In this document: one piece after another, positions 19,471 to 25,159 of the stretch
How positions within the stretch are numbered: position 1 is the first letter of the stretch
Layout: each line of letters starts with the position of its first letter
Source of the DNA: a virus
Length of the DNA: 64,000 bases
IMG/VR virus record: IMGVR_UViG_3300045988_023906
Strand: one strand, 5' to 3'
Notes under the pieces: generated by a model
Databases searched by the model: none
What the model was told of the DNA's origin: nothing
The model's input: the letters and a program-made list of their open reading frames with translations, nothing else
Translations under genes and position numbers: made by a program

Positions 19471-19851
19471 TGGAGCATAGGGGACTCGAACCCCTGTCTT
19501 ACCAACCTTTAATAAAAGAATTACACATGCTTACTACTTTTTAATGTGGTCAGTTACCCACTGGGTCTGTCTGGATTTACAGCATTTCCACCACCTCATT
19601 TTATTGTCCATAAACAAGGAAAAAGTTGAGTTACCTTCTGCGAGACCACAGCCTATTAATGCTCTTAAAGTCGGACCCTCAGCCTTAGTCTTCATTCAGG
19701 CTTTGCACCTTTCTGTTTCCAAGTAAGTGCTACTCAGCCTATTTAGGCAGCAACTCTATAAGAAGTATTGCCAGTTATTGTTTTGATGTCTTTCCATCAG
19801 TCTTTGCATGTTCTCTTACCAAATAATCAGCAATCAAAACCAAAATGCCCC
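19471..19851 (-). ncRNA. ssrA: tmRNA (transfer-messenger RNA), about 381 nt
   Basis: The minus-strand RNA begins GGGGCAUUUUGGUUUUGAUUGC. It ends GACAGGGGUUCGAGUCCCCUAUGCUCCA. The 5' GGGGCAU pairs with the 3' AUGCUCC, including a G3-U70 wobble, and the discriminator is A. A T-arm GGGGUUCGAGUCCCC is present. An internal tag frame reads GGC AAU ACU UCU UAU AGA GUU GCU GCC UAA. No protein ORF is credible here. Confidence 0.8.
19743..19772 (-). other. tmRNA tag-peptide reading frame (GNTSYRVAA + UAA)
   Basis: It is preceded by AACUGGC, as in the Bacteroidetes tmRNA resume region. It ends in the hydrophobic-Ala-Ala pattern typical of degradation tags. Confidence 0.65.
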
Positions 19852-19980
19852 TTTATTGCCTTGATTCTTTTCTAAGAACAAGGTGCAAGCTAAAACAAGA
19901 AATAGTAGCTTACCTACCAGCACCACATTTTCAGTCATTTTGCCCAGCATGGTCAGGAAATAGTGGTTAAATAGACATTG

Positions 19981-20054
19981 TATCTCCAGTGAGACTCGAA
20001 CTCACAACCTACAGATTAGAAGTCTGTTGCTCTATCCAATTGAGCTATGGAGAC
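19981..20054 (-). tRNA. tRNA-Arg (anticodon TCT)
   Basis: The reverse complement folds as GTCTCCA TA GCTC AATTGGATA GAGC A ACAGA CTTCTAA TCTGT AGGTT GTGAG TTCGAGT CTCAC TGGAGAT A. This is a clean cloverleaf. Confidence 0.9.
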
Positions 20055-20056
20055 AT

Positions 20057-20092
20057 CACAAAAGGTCAGATATTCTCACGAACCTCTGACCT
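20057..20092 (-). terminator. possible terminator hairpin
   Basis: The minus strand reads AGGTCAGA-(16 nt)-TCTGACCT followed by UUUUG. It lies downstream of ORF 20141-20371. Confidence 0.4.
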
Positions 20093-20140
20093 GTAGTGAC
20101 AATATGTCACCCGAACTAAAAATCCTTTACCTAAAAATAA

Positions 20141-20371
20141 TTAAATTACCTTTCCTGTTATTTTGTTAAACCATCTGTATAAAGACAATACTTCAAACTC
20201 TTCCTCTGAGATTAGCTTATAGCAACAGAATATCATCACTACAACAGCTATAAGAGTCTGAAAGAAATATCCATTGTCATAGATGCTATCTACTCCTGCT
20301 ACAAAGAGTATAGTCACAAAGCCTGTTGTCCATAACAATATGCCTTTGATTATAAACTTAAATTTGTTCAT
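20141..20371 (-). CDS. small membrane protein
   Basis: 76 aa with two predicted hydrophobic helices. Confidence 0.45.
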   Translation of the reverse strand: MNKFKFIIKGILLWTTGFVTILFVAGVDSIYDNGYFFQTLIAVVVMIFCCYKLISEEEFEVLSLYRWFNKITGKVI

Positions 20372-20388
20372 TTTTGTTTAATTGCTTG

Positions 20389-20619
20389 TTAAGTTGAAAA
20401 TAATTCAAGCACATCTTCTGTACTAAACTCTACCTTATTCTCATAGTCTATGTCAGACTTACTCATAGATTCACTGCCTTGATTATTCATAATGTTGCTA
20501 TGAGCTAAGGTATTATTATGCACAGAGATGTGCTTTATATATTCATCAATGACCAGTCCCACACTCTTGTCAAGAAGAGCATGAGACTGAGCAAAGATGT
20601 ATAACTCTCTAATTGTCAC
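20389..20619 (-). CDS. hypothetical small protein
   Basis: 76-aa ORF in the early-gene arm. Confidence 0.4.
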   Translation of the reverse strand: MTIRELYIFAQSHALLDKSVGLVIDEYIKHISVHNNTLAHSNIMNNQGSESMSKSDIDYENKVEFSTEDVLELFST

Positions 20620-20704
20620 TGTATATTTATTTAAGATTTGTTACAGTAATCAAATATAATGTAGAGGATTATGACATGGAATACCAAAGCCACTATGAAT
20701 AGTA

Positions 20705-20941
20705 TTACTTCCATATTATAGTCATCTCCTTTTCAAATCTTACTACTTCACTTGGAGTAATAGCTATCAAGTTACCAAATACCTTAATATATGCCTGTCT
20801 CTTGATAACTATTTCTCCCTTTATTACCATTTCCATGAATACTTCATGATTTCTCTTTAACATATCCATGTGTAATTTCTTTGATTGCTTGTAATTCTTT
20901 GAACTACATATTGCATTAGGATTTACTCTATATCTTGCCAT
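20705..20941 (-). CDS. hypothetical small protein
   Basis: 78-aa ORF. Confidence 0.4.
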   Translation of the reverse strand: MARYRVNPNAICSSKNYKQSKKLHMDMLKRNHEVFMEMVIKGEIVIKRQAYIKVFGNLIAITPSEVVRFEKEMTIIWK

Positions 20942-20944
20942 AAC

Positions 20945-21175
20945 TTAGTCCATTAAGTCCCATAAATAAGATTCATACTCACATGCAATTTCCTCATAAG
21001 TTAGTTTGGCTTCCTCTAAATATTCTGAGAGAAAATTACTTACTTGTTGGAAATTGTTAATATCACCATTGTATGTGACATTAAGCCACTTTTCACAAAA
21101 GTGAACAGCAGCTTTCTGTTTATCTGTAGTCATATTTGATTGTTTTTTAGGTATATTTCTAGTTTTTACATTCAT
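20945..21175 (-). CDS. hypothetical small protein
   Basis: 76-aa ORF. Confidence 0.4.
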   Translation of the reverse strand: MNVKTRNIPKKQSNMTTDKQKAAVHFCEKWLNVTYNGDINNFQQVSNFLSEYLEEAKLTYEEIACEYESYLWDLMD

Positions 21176-21286
21176 AAATTATTGCTGCTGCCAGTATTAT
21201 TAAAGTACAAATTATATGTATTGCTAACATAGTATTCAGTAAATATAGCTATAAAATTATATATGTTGTTGCTTATAACACAAGGT

Positions 21287-21324
21287 AAAAAAAAGGTATA
21301 AGGTAGGAGATTTACCCTCCCACC
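21287..21324 (-). terminator. rho-independent terminator
   Basis: The minus strand reads GGTGGGAG-GGTAAAT-CTCCTACC followed by UUAUACCUUUUUUUU. Confidence 0.6.
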
Positions 21325-21344
21325 CTATAGTTCTCTTTCAGCTA

Positions 21345-21626
21345 TCAGATAGAAACTCTATTAATATCTGACTCACCTCCCTTCTCCAATGTGAGAAGTT
21401 TAGCCTTGGTCAAATCAATAGATTCTCCAACTCCTACAGTAGCATCATTAGCAAGAGGAATATAAGTCTGTCCTCCTCCTACCATCATAAAGCAAACTGA
21501 GTTGCCATATTGTGATGGTACTACTGTTGCAGACTCTACTGCCTGAATTTCTTCCTGAGTAAATGCTCGTGAAGATTTAATACTCCATTTTCCTGCATAA
21601 GTTCTGAGAGTTGAGAAAATGTTCAT
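21345..21626 (-). CDS. hypothetical 93-aa protein, paralog A
   Basis: MNIFSTLRTYAGKW...VVPSQYGNSV...KAKL.TL.K.GESDI.RVSI aligns along its full length with ORF 22073-22354. Confidence 0.55.
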   Translation of the reverse strand: MNIFSTLRTYAGKWSIKSSRAFTQEEIQAVESATVVPSQYGNSVCFMMVGGGQTYIPLANDATVGVGESIDLTKAKLLTLEKGGESDINRVSI

Positions 21627-21730
21627 ACAAACTTACCAATGCCCTTTGGATTTATCTTGGTATCTGGCACACCTGTTAAATGATAAATGATAAATGCTAA
21701 AATGCAACTATTGTGGAGTTGCAAAGGCAC

Positions 21731-21746
21731 AGGAGGAGTAATGAGC
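21731..21746. repeat. AGGAGGAGTAATGAGC motif, copy 1 (minus-strand reading GCTCATTACTCCTCCT)
   Basis: Exact 16-mer shared with 21804-21819. Near-copies lie at 22417-22431 and 22686-22698. Confidence 0.7.
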
Positions 21747-21803
21747 TATACTAATATCACATATATGATATAACTGATAACTAACCTCAGTGTGTCAAGA
21801 ACA

Positions 21804-21819
21804 AAGGAGGAGTAATGAG
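21804..21819. repeat. AGGAGGAGTAATGAGC motif, copy 2
   Basis: Exact copy of 21731-21746. Confidence 0.7.
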
Positions 21820-21826
21820 CCATGCT

Positions 21827-21839
21827 GATAATATATTGC
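21827..21839. repeat. ATAATATATTGCT direct repeat, copy 1
   Basis: Identical 13-mer at 21977-21989. Confidence 0.6.
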
Positions 21840-21872
21840 TGTAATAGAGCTTTGAGATAATAGTTATGAGAT

Positions 21873-21889
21873 AATAATATTGCTTCTAC
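21873..21889. repeat. ATAATATTGCTTCTACC direct repeat, copy 1
   Basis: Identical 17-mer at 21960-21976, 87 bp away. Confidence 0.7.
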
Positions 21890-21959
21890 CTTGCCATTCT
21901 TTATACAATATAATCATTGTCTTGAAGAGGATAATAATAGTCTTGATTATCTCTATCAC

Positions 21960-21989
21960 CATAATATTGCTTCTACCATAATATATTGC
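21960..21989. repeat. second copies of the 17-mer (21960-21976) and the 13-mer (21977-21989), adjacent to each other
   Basis: Read directly: ATAATATTGCTTCTACC followed by ATAATATATTGCT. Confidence 0.7.
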
Positions 21990-22020
21990 TTTTGCAATAC
22001 CTTGCTGAAACCAGATAGGA

Positions 22021-22049
22021 TAAAAATAAAAGTGAGGGAAGACCCTCAC
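22021..22049 (-). terminator. rho-independent terminator
   Basis: The minus strand reads GTGAGGG-TCTT-CCCTCAC followed by UUUUAUUUUU, directly after paralog B. Confidence 0.75.
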
Positions 22050-22072
22050 CTTTATAATTTATAAGGCAAGTA

Positions 22073-22354
22073 TTAGATACTTACCCTATAAATATCACTC
22101 TCACCTGACTTACCTAAAGTCACAAGTTTAGCCTTAGTTAAATCAACCAATTCACCAGAGCCAAGAGTACTATTCTGGTCTAGTGGAATATAGGTCAATC
22201 CACCACCAACCATAGTGAACTGAACAGAATTACCATACTGAGAAGGTACAACAACAGCCTGAACTACAGCCTTAATTTCCTCTTCAGTAAACTCTCTAGT
22301 GGATTTAACTTCCCATTTACCTGCATAAACTCTCAAAGAACTAAAGATATTCAT
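22073..22354 (-). CDS. hypothetical 93-aa protein, paralog B
   Basis: Full-length similarity to 21345-21626, roughly 60 percent identity by eye. Confidence 0.55.
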   Translation of the reverse strand: MNIFSSLRVYAGKWEVKSTREFTEEEIKAVVQAVVVPSQYGNSVQFTMVGGGLTYIPLDQNSTLGSGELVDLTKAKLVTLGKSGESDIYRVSI

Positions 22355-22389
22355 AATATAGGTATGGTTGACCTAAGCACCAAAAGGTT

Positions 22390-22397
22390 CAAAGTTA
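22390..22397 (-). promoter_or_regulatory. Bacteroides-type -7 box (TAACTTTG)
   Basis: The reverse complement of caaagtta. It lies 36-43 nt upstream of the paralog B start. Confidence 0.45.
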
Positions 22398-22416
22398 ATA
22401 ATAAATTCAAATAATA

Positions 22417-22431
22417 AGGAGAAGTAATGAG
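22417..22431. repeat. AGGAGAAGTAATGAG motif, copy 3 (one mismatch)
   Basis: It is preceded by CAAATAATA, as is copy 4. Confidence 0.6.
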
Positions 22432-22650
22432 TTATTTAAGGTTTTCCTTAGCCTCATAATACTCATAAGGGTCAAATCTATCAACCCAGTTATCATAGTG
22501 TTCTAATGTATCAAGGAATGATTCAGTAGCATTATAATAGTCTCTGTAAGGTTGTACTTTATTAATGTCAGAGTACCAGATGCCAAAGGTAAATCCTATA
22601 GCCAAGACAATGAGAACACAAGGAATGATAAGCAATAAATCTTTCTTCAT
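22432..22650 (-). CDS. small membrane-anchored protein
   Basis: 72 aa with an N-terminal TM helix, LLIIPCVLIVLAIGFTFGIW. Confidence 0.45.
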   Translation of the reverse strand: MKKDLLLIIPCVLIVLAIGFTFGIWYSDINKVQPYRDYYNATESFLDTLEHYDNWVDRFDPYEYYEAKENLK

Positions 22651-22685
22651 TTTAGTAAGTTTTTAATGTTAGTAATCAAATAATA

Positions 22686-22698
22686 AGGAGGAGTAATG
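22686..22698. repeat. AGGAGGAGTAATG motif, copy 4
   Basis: It is preceded by CAAATAATA. It lies 36-48 nt upstream of the ORF 22432-22650 start on the minus strand. Confidence 0.6.
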
Positions 22699-22842
22699 TA
22701 TCATTTCAACTCCACGGGGGTATATCCCAATCTCAAAAACTATGGGGGAGTGATGAGGTTATTATACCCCACTCCTAGAAATATAATAGAAAAAAAAATT
22801 AGAAAAAAAAAATTATTTTCTGTGCAGTAAATTTTTCATTTA

Positions 22843-22850
22843 TATATTTG
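22843..22850 (+). promoter_or_regulatory. Bacteroides-type -7 box (TATATTTG)
   Basis: Matches TAnnTTTG. It is the first of two tandem boxes opening the plus-strand arm. Confidence 0.45.
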
Positions 22851-22870
22851 CATATATCAGATTTTTTACT

Positions 22871-22878
22871 TACCTTTG
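22871..22878 (+). promoter_or_regulatory. Bacteroides-type -7 box (TACCTTTG, within TTTTACTTACCTTTGCA)
   Basis: The extended motif TTACTTACCTTTGCA recurs at 24345-24359, 34197-34211 and 47649-47663. A variant lies at 61703-61717. Confidence 0.6.
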
Positions 22879-22879
22879 C

Positions 22880-23263
22880 AGTTGTATTGGAGTAGCAAGT
22901 ACTTCAGGATAGAGAATCATCAACTCTTAAAAGCATAGATGACCCCCTATAATCAGGAGTTTACTTGGGCACAGCAGCTTAGGAAAGTAAAGGATACTAA
23001 GAAGGCTACAGGCAAGTGCCCCACTTGAAGAGGATTACAAATAAGTATTTAGCCGAGCTTTAGGCCAAGTCTTCAAGGGTGGTGTAAAAGACTACAGAGA
23101 TAACACAGAGTGAGAACTAATAATATATAAACGGGGTAAAAGACTGATTATAAGGATGCAAGCCATAATGCTGGCAGGGGTCTCTTATACTTTAAAGAAA
23201 AGTTTGATAATTCTATATTCTGTTGGAATAAAGGGTAATAGGCTAAAATTACAAATAATAAAA
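22880..23263 (+). ncRNA. candidate structured non-coding RNA or long leader (unclassified)
   Basis: No credible ORF for about 380 nt right after two promoter boxes. The region is visibly richer in G/C than its flanks. Helices seen by eye: GGGCAC 22967-22972 with GTGCCC 23016-23021, CACTTGAAGA 23022-23031 with TCTTCAAGGGTGG 23070-23082, and an inner CTTAG/CTAAG pair. GTAAAAGACT is repeated at 23083 and 23136. Confidence 0.35.
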
Positions 23264-23842
23264 ATGGGAAATTTATTAATAGGAACACATAATAGTGCCA
23301 CAGGTGAGAAGGGCAAAGGAATATTAAGTTGGTTAGTTACTCCCTTCTCTAAGACACAGTCAAAAACTATAGAAGAGCAATATAATGCAGGTTGTACAAT
23401 GTTTGATATAAGATTTAAACAAGATAAGGATAAAGTTGTTATATGTAAGCATGGCCTTTGGTCATCAAAGAGGACTTTAGAATCTATATTAAATCAAATA
23501 AATAATTATGGGAACTGTTTAGTATCCTTAACATATGAGGGTAAATCTAATACCTTCCTACAGCATCAGTCTCTCATAGGATATTATGAATATATAAAAA
23601 AGAAATACCCTAATATAACTTGGCAATATTTAGCAATAAAATATGGTAAAAATTCCCAAGGAATTAAATGTAGATATGATATACTGAAAGTAGACTTGCC
23701 TATAAAGACAATACAGGGTTTTCTACCTCTAGATGGTAGAAGTTGGCATACTTACCTACCAATACCTTGGTTATGGAAAAAAATATATAATGATACTCCA
23801 ACATTTAATAATGAATATTATACTTACGTAGATTTTTTGTGA
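23264..23842 (+). CDS. PLC-like phosphodiesterase (PI-PLC X-domain-like)
   Basis: The ORF track starts at 23156. I prefer Met37 (MGNLLIGTHNSATGE). GTHNS resembles the PI-PLC GTHDS motif and TMFDIRF resembles the R/FDIR strand. Confidence 0.45.
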   Translation: MGNLLIGTHNSATGEKGKGILSWLVTPFSKTQSKTIEEQYNAGCTMFDIRFKQDKDKVVICKHGLWSSKRTLESILNQINNYGNCLVSLTYEGKSNTFLQHQSLIGYYEYIKKKYPNITWQYLAIKYGKNSQGIKCRYDILKVDLPIKTIQGFLPLDGRSWHTYLPIPWLWKKIYNDTPTFNNEYYTYVDFL

Positions 23843-24240
23843 GAATAACTAAAGAATTATTAAAGGAGAAACTGTTAAGATGGGTGTGGAAATTTCCACA
23901 AAGTTTTGTTGCATTATGCTTAGAGGGTGTAATATGTTCATATTCTATACAGAAGGGCATAGATAATAGAATTTTTATTATCAATACATTATTACCCTCC
24001 TCTATATCTTTAGGAGATTTTATATTTATACACCCATATTCTTTTGAGAAATCTATTAAACATGAGTTAGGACATAGTAAACAGTCTGATATACTAGGCC
24101 CCTTATACCTAATAATAATAGGCATTCCATCATTACTAAATAATATATCTCTTCGCTTATGTAGAAAAGTTGGAATTAAATGGGATTATTATAAATTCTA
24201 CACAGAAAGGTGGGCTAATAGGTTAGCAGGAATTACTTAG
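23839..24240 (+). CDS. HExxH zinc-metallopeptidase-like membrane protein
   Basis: 133 aa. A GTG start overlaps the upstream stop (GTGA). It contains SIKHELGHSKQ (HExxH) and hydrophobic segments. Confidence 0.45.
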   Translation: MRITKELLKEKLLRWVWKFPQSFVALCLEGVICSYSIQKGIDNRIFIINTLLPSSISLGDFIFIHPYSFEKSIKHELGHSKQSDILGPLYLIIIGIPSLLNNISLRLCRKVGIKWDYYKFYTERWANRLAGIT

Positions 24241-24325
24241 AAGTATATAAATAAAGATTAATTTAACCCTCTTTACTCCTTCAAGACAAGAAAATGATAC
24301 TTGGATTGAAAATAATTGGGAAAAA

Positions 24326-24357
24326 GTTTGGTTATTTGAAAAATAATACTTACCTTT
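24326..24357 (+). promoter_or_regulatory. Bacteroides-type promoter (-33 TTTG, 20-nt spacer, -7 TACCTTTG)
   Basis: TTTG lies at 24326-24329 and TACCTTTG at 24350-24357. It is upstream of the tRNA array. Confidence 0.6.
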
Positions 24358-24399
24358 GCAGTGTCAAAGAGAAGAAGATAAGAAATGTGTTTTAGGATT

Positions 24400-24478
24400 A
24401 AAGAAGTACTACCTTTTTTTTTCTTGATAGTCTATTCATTACTTGCGTATATTTCTAACATAAAGGTAGTACTTCTTT
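24400..24478 (+). repeat. 17-bp perfect inverted repeat (AAAGAAGTACTACCTTT ... AAAGGTAGTACTTCTTT) with a 45-nt loop
   Basis: The arms are 24400-24416 and 24462-24478. It lies between the promoter and the first tRNA, and a T-rich run follows. Confidence 0.7.
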
Positions 24479-24488
24479 TTCTTTATTT

Positions 24489-24559
24489 TGCCTTGTGGTG
24501 TAAAGGTAACACATGGGTCTTTGGTCCCCACATTGTAGGTTCGAGTCCTGCCAAGACAA
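24489..24559 (+). tRNA. tRNA-Gln (TTG)
   Basis: Acceptor TGCCTTG/CAAGACA (U1-A72, one mismatch). D stem GTGT/ACAC. Anticodon loop CTTTGGT. T-loop TTCGAGT. Confidence 0.75.
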
Positions 24560-24568
24560 CAAGAAGAT

Positions 24569-24640
24569 GCCCTCTTAGTACAAAGGACAGTACATAAGTC
24601 TTCTAAACTTAGAATATAGGTTCGATTCCTATAGGAGGTA
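24569..24640 (+). tRNA. tRNA-Arg (TCT)
   Basis: D stem GTAC/GTAC. Anticodon stem TAAGT/ACTTA with loop CTTCTAA. T arm ATAGG-TTCGATT-CCTAT. Confidence 0.75.
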
Positions 24641-24648
24641 CTTGTTAT

Positions 24649-24720
24649 GGGGATGTAGACTATGGGTTAGGTCATAGCCCTTTCAAGGCTAAGGATAAGG
24701 TTCAAATCCTTACTTCCCTA
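24649..24720 (+). tRNA. tRNA-Glu (TTC)
   Basis: Anticodon stem TAGCC/GGCTA with loop CTTTCAA. T arm TAAGG-TTCAAAT-CCTTA. Confidence 0.75.
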
Positions 24721-24725
24721 CTAAT

Positions 24726-24798
24726 AGATTATGTGGTGTAGTGGTCTGCATATCACACTGTCAATGTGAAGGCTAGGGTTCAATTCCCTCATAATCTG
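24726..24798 (+). tRNA. tRNA-Asp (GTC)
   Basis: Acceptor AGATTAT/ATAATCT. Anticodon stem TCACA/TGTGA with loop CTGTCAA. T-loop TTCAATT. Confidence 0.75.
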
Positions 24799-24844
24799 CC
24801 CTGTTTATAAGGAAGTCCTATATCACAGCGGTGATTAGGCAAAT

Positions 24845-24929
24845 GGAAAGGTAACTGAATGGGATTCAGCCTAGTCTTGAAAACTAAGGGAACAGTAAAA
24901 TGTTTGGGGGTCGGGACCTCATCTTTCCG
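24845..24929 (+). tRNA. tRNA-Ser (TGA), long variable arm
   Basis: Acceptor GGAAAGG/TCTTTCC. Anticodon loop CTTGAAA. Variable arm AACA-GTAAAA-TGTT. Atypical T-loop GTCGGGA. Confidence 0.6.
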
Positions 24930-24967
24930 CTAAATAGATGTGTTCATTGACTTATTGGTAAGGAATT

Positions 24968-25053
24968 GGAGAGTAAACCTAAGAGGTTTTAGGGACTGTC
25001 CGCTAAACAGATTGTACTAGCAATGGTATGTGTTTCGAGTACACTGCTCTCCG
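24968..25053 (+). tRNA. tRNA-Ser (GCT), long variable arm
   Basis: Acceptor GGAGAGT/GCTCTCC. Anticodon stem CTGT/ACAG with loop CCGCTAA. T-loop TTCGAGT. Confidence 0.65.
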
Positions 25054-25072
25054 CTAAATAATAAAAAAAAAT

Positions 25073-25147
25073 AGGGAATTAGTCCAGTTAGGTTAGGATG
25101 CAGCATTTGGGATGCTGAGGTCAAGAGTTCGAGTCTCTTATTCCCTA
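25073..25147 (+). tRNA. tRNA-Pro (TGG)
   Basis: Acceptor AGGGAAT/ATTCCCT. Anticodon stem CAGCA/TGCTG with loop TTTGGGA. T arm AAGAG-TTCGAGT-CTCTT. Confidence 0.85.
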
Positions 25148-25159
25148 CTAATCATTAAT

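Noticed and set aside
19329-19726. Plus-strand ORFs 19329-19544 and 19544-19726
   Set aside because: They are antisense to ORF 19070-19435 and to the tmRNA. The region is better explained by the tmRNA fold on the minus strand.
19852-19980. 129-nt spacer between tRNA-Arg and the tmRNA, considered as a further RNA gene or an extension of the tmRNA
   Set aside because: I could not find a cloverleaf, T-loop or convincing helix. The 5' acceptor strand at 19845-19851 defines the tmRNA end cleanly. The spacer is probably precursor sequence removed by RNase P.
21731-21860. The AGGAGG-ATG motifs as genuine starts of plus-strand mini-genes
   Set aside because: The ORFs they open are only about 9-10 codons (MSYTNITYMI, MSHADNILL). 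They are not similar to one another beyond the motif, and they run against the local transcription direction. I kept the motif as a regulatory candidate instead.
21864-22049. 61-aa minus-strand ORF from the track, in the gap between the 93-aa paralogs
   Set aside because: Its start codon lies inside the terminator hairpin of paralog B (22021-22049). Its body is made up of the direct repeats, and the sequence is low complexity (IIIL.. runs). It is more likely non-coding repeat DNA.
23805-24125. 106-aa minus-strand ORF
   Set aside because: It is antisense to the HExxH gene, which is translationally coupled to the upstream PLC-like gene. It has no promoter context on the minus strand.
24385-24597. 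70-aa plus-strand ORF, and the 66-aa minus-strand ORF at 26288-26488
   Set aside because: Both read straight through tRNA genes (Gln/Arg and Phe/Leu respectively). They are artefacts of an ORF finder running over an RNA gene cluster.
24930-25060. Three occurrences of CCGCTAAA(T/C)A, considered as a spacer repeat or regulatory motif
   Set aside because: Two copies are simply the shared 3' ends plus trailers of the two duplicated tRNA-Ser genes. The third is the anticodon loop of tRNA-Ser(GCT). This is coincidental overlap and not an independent element.
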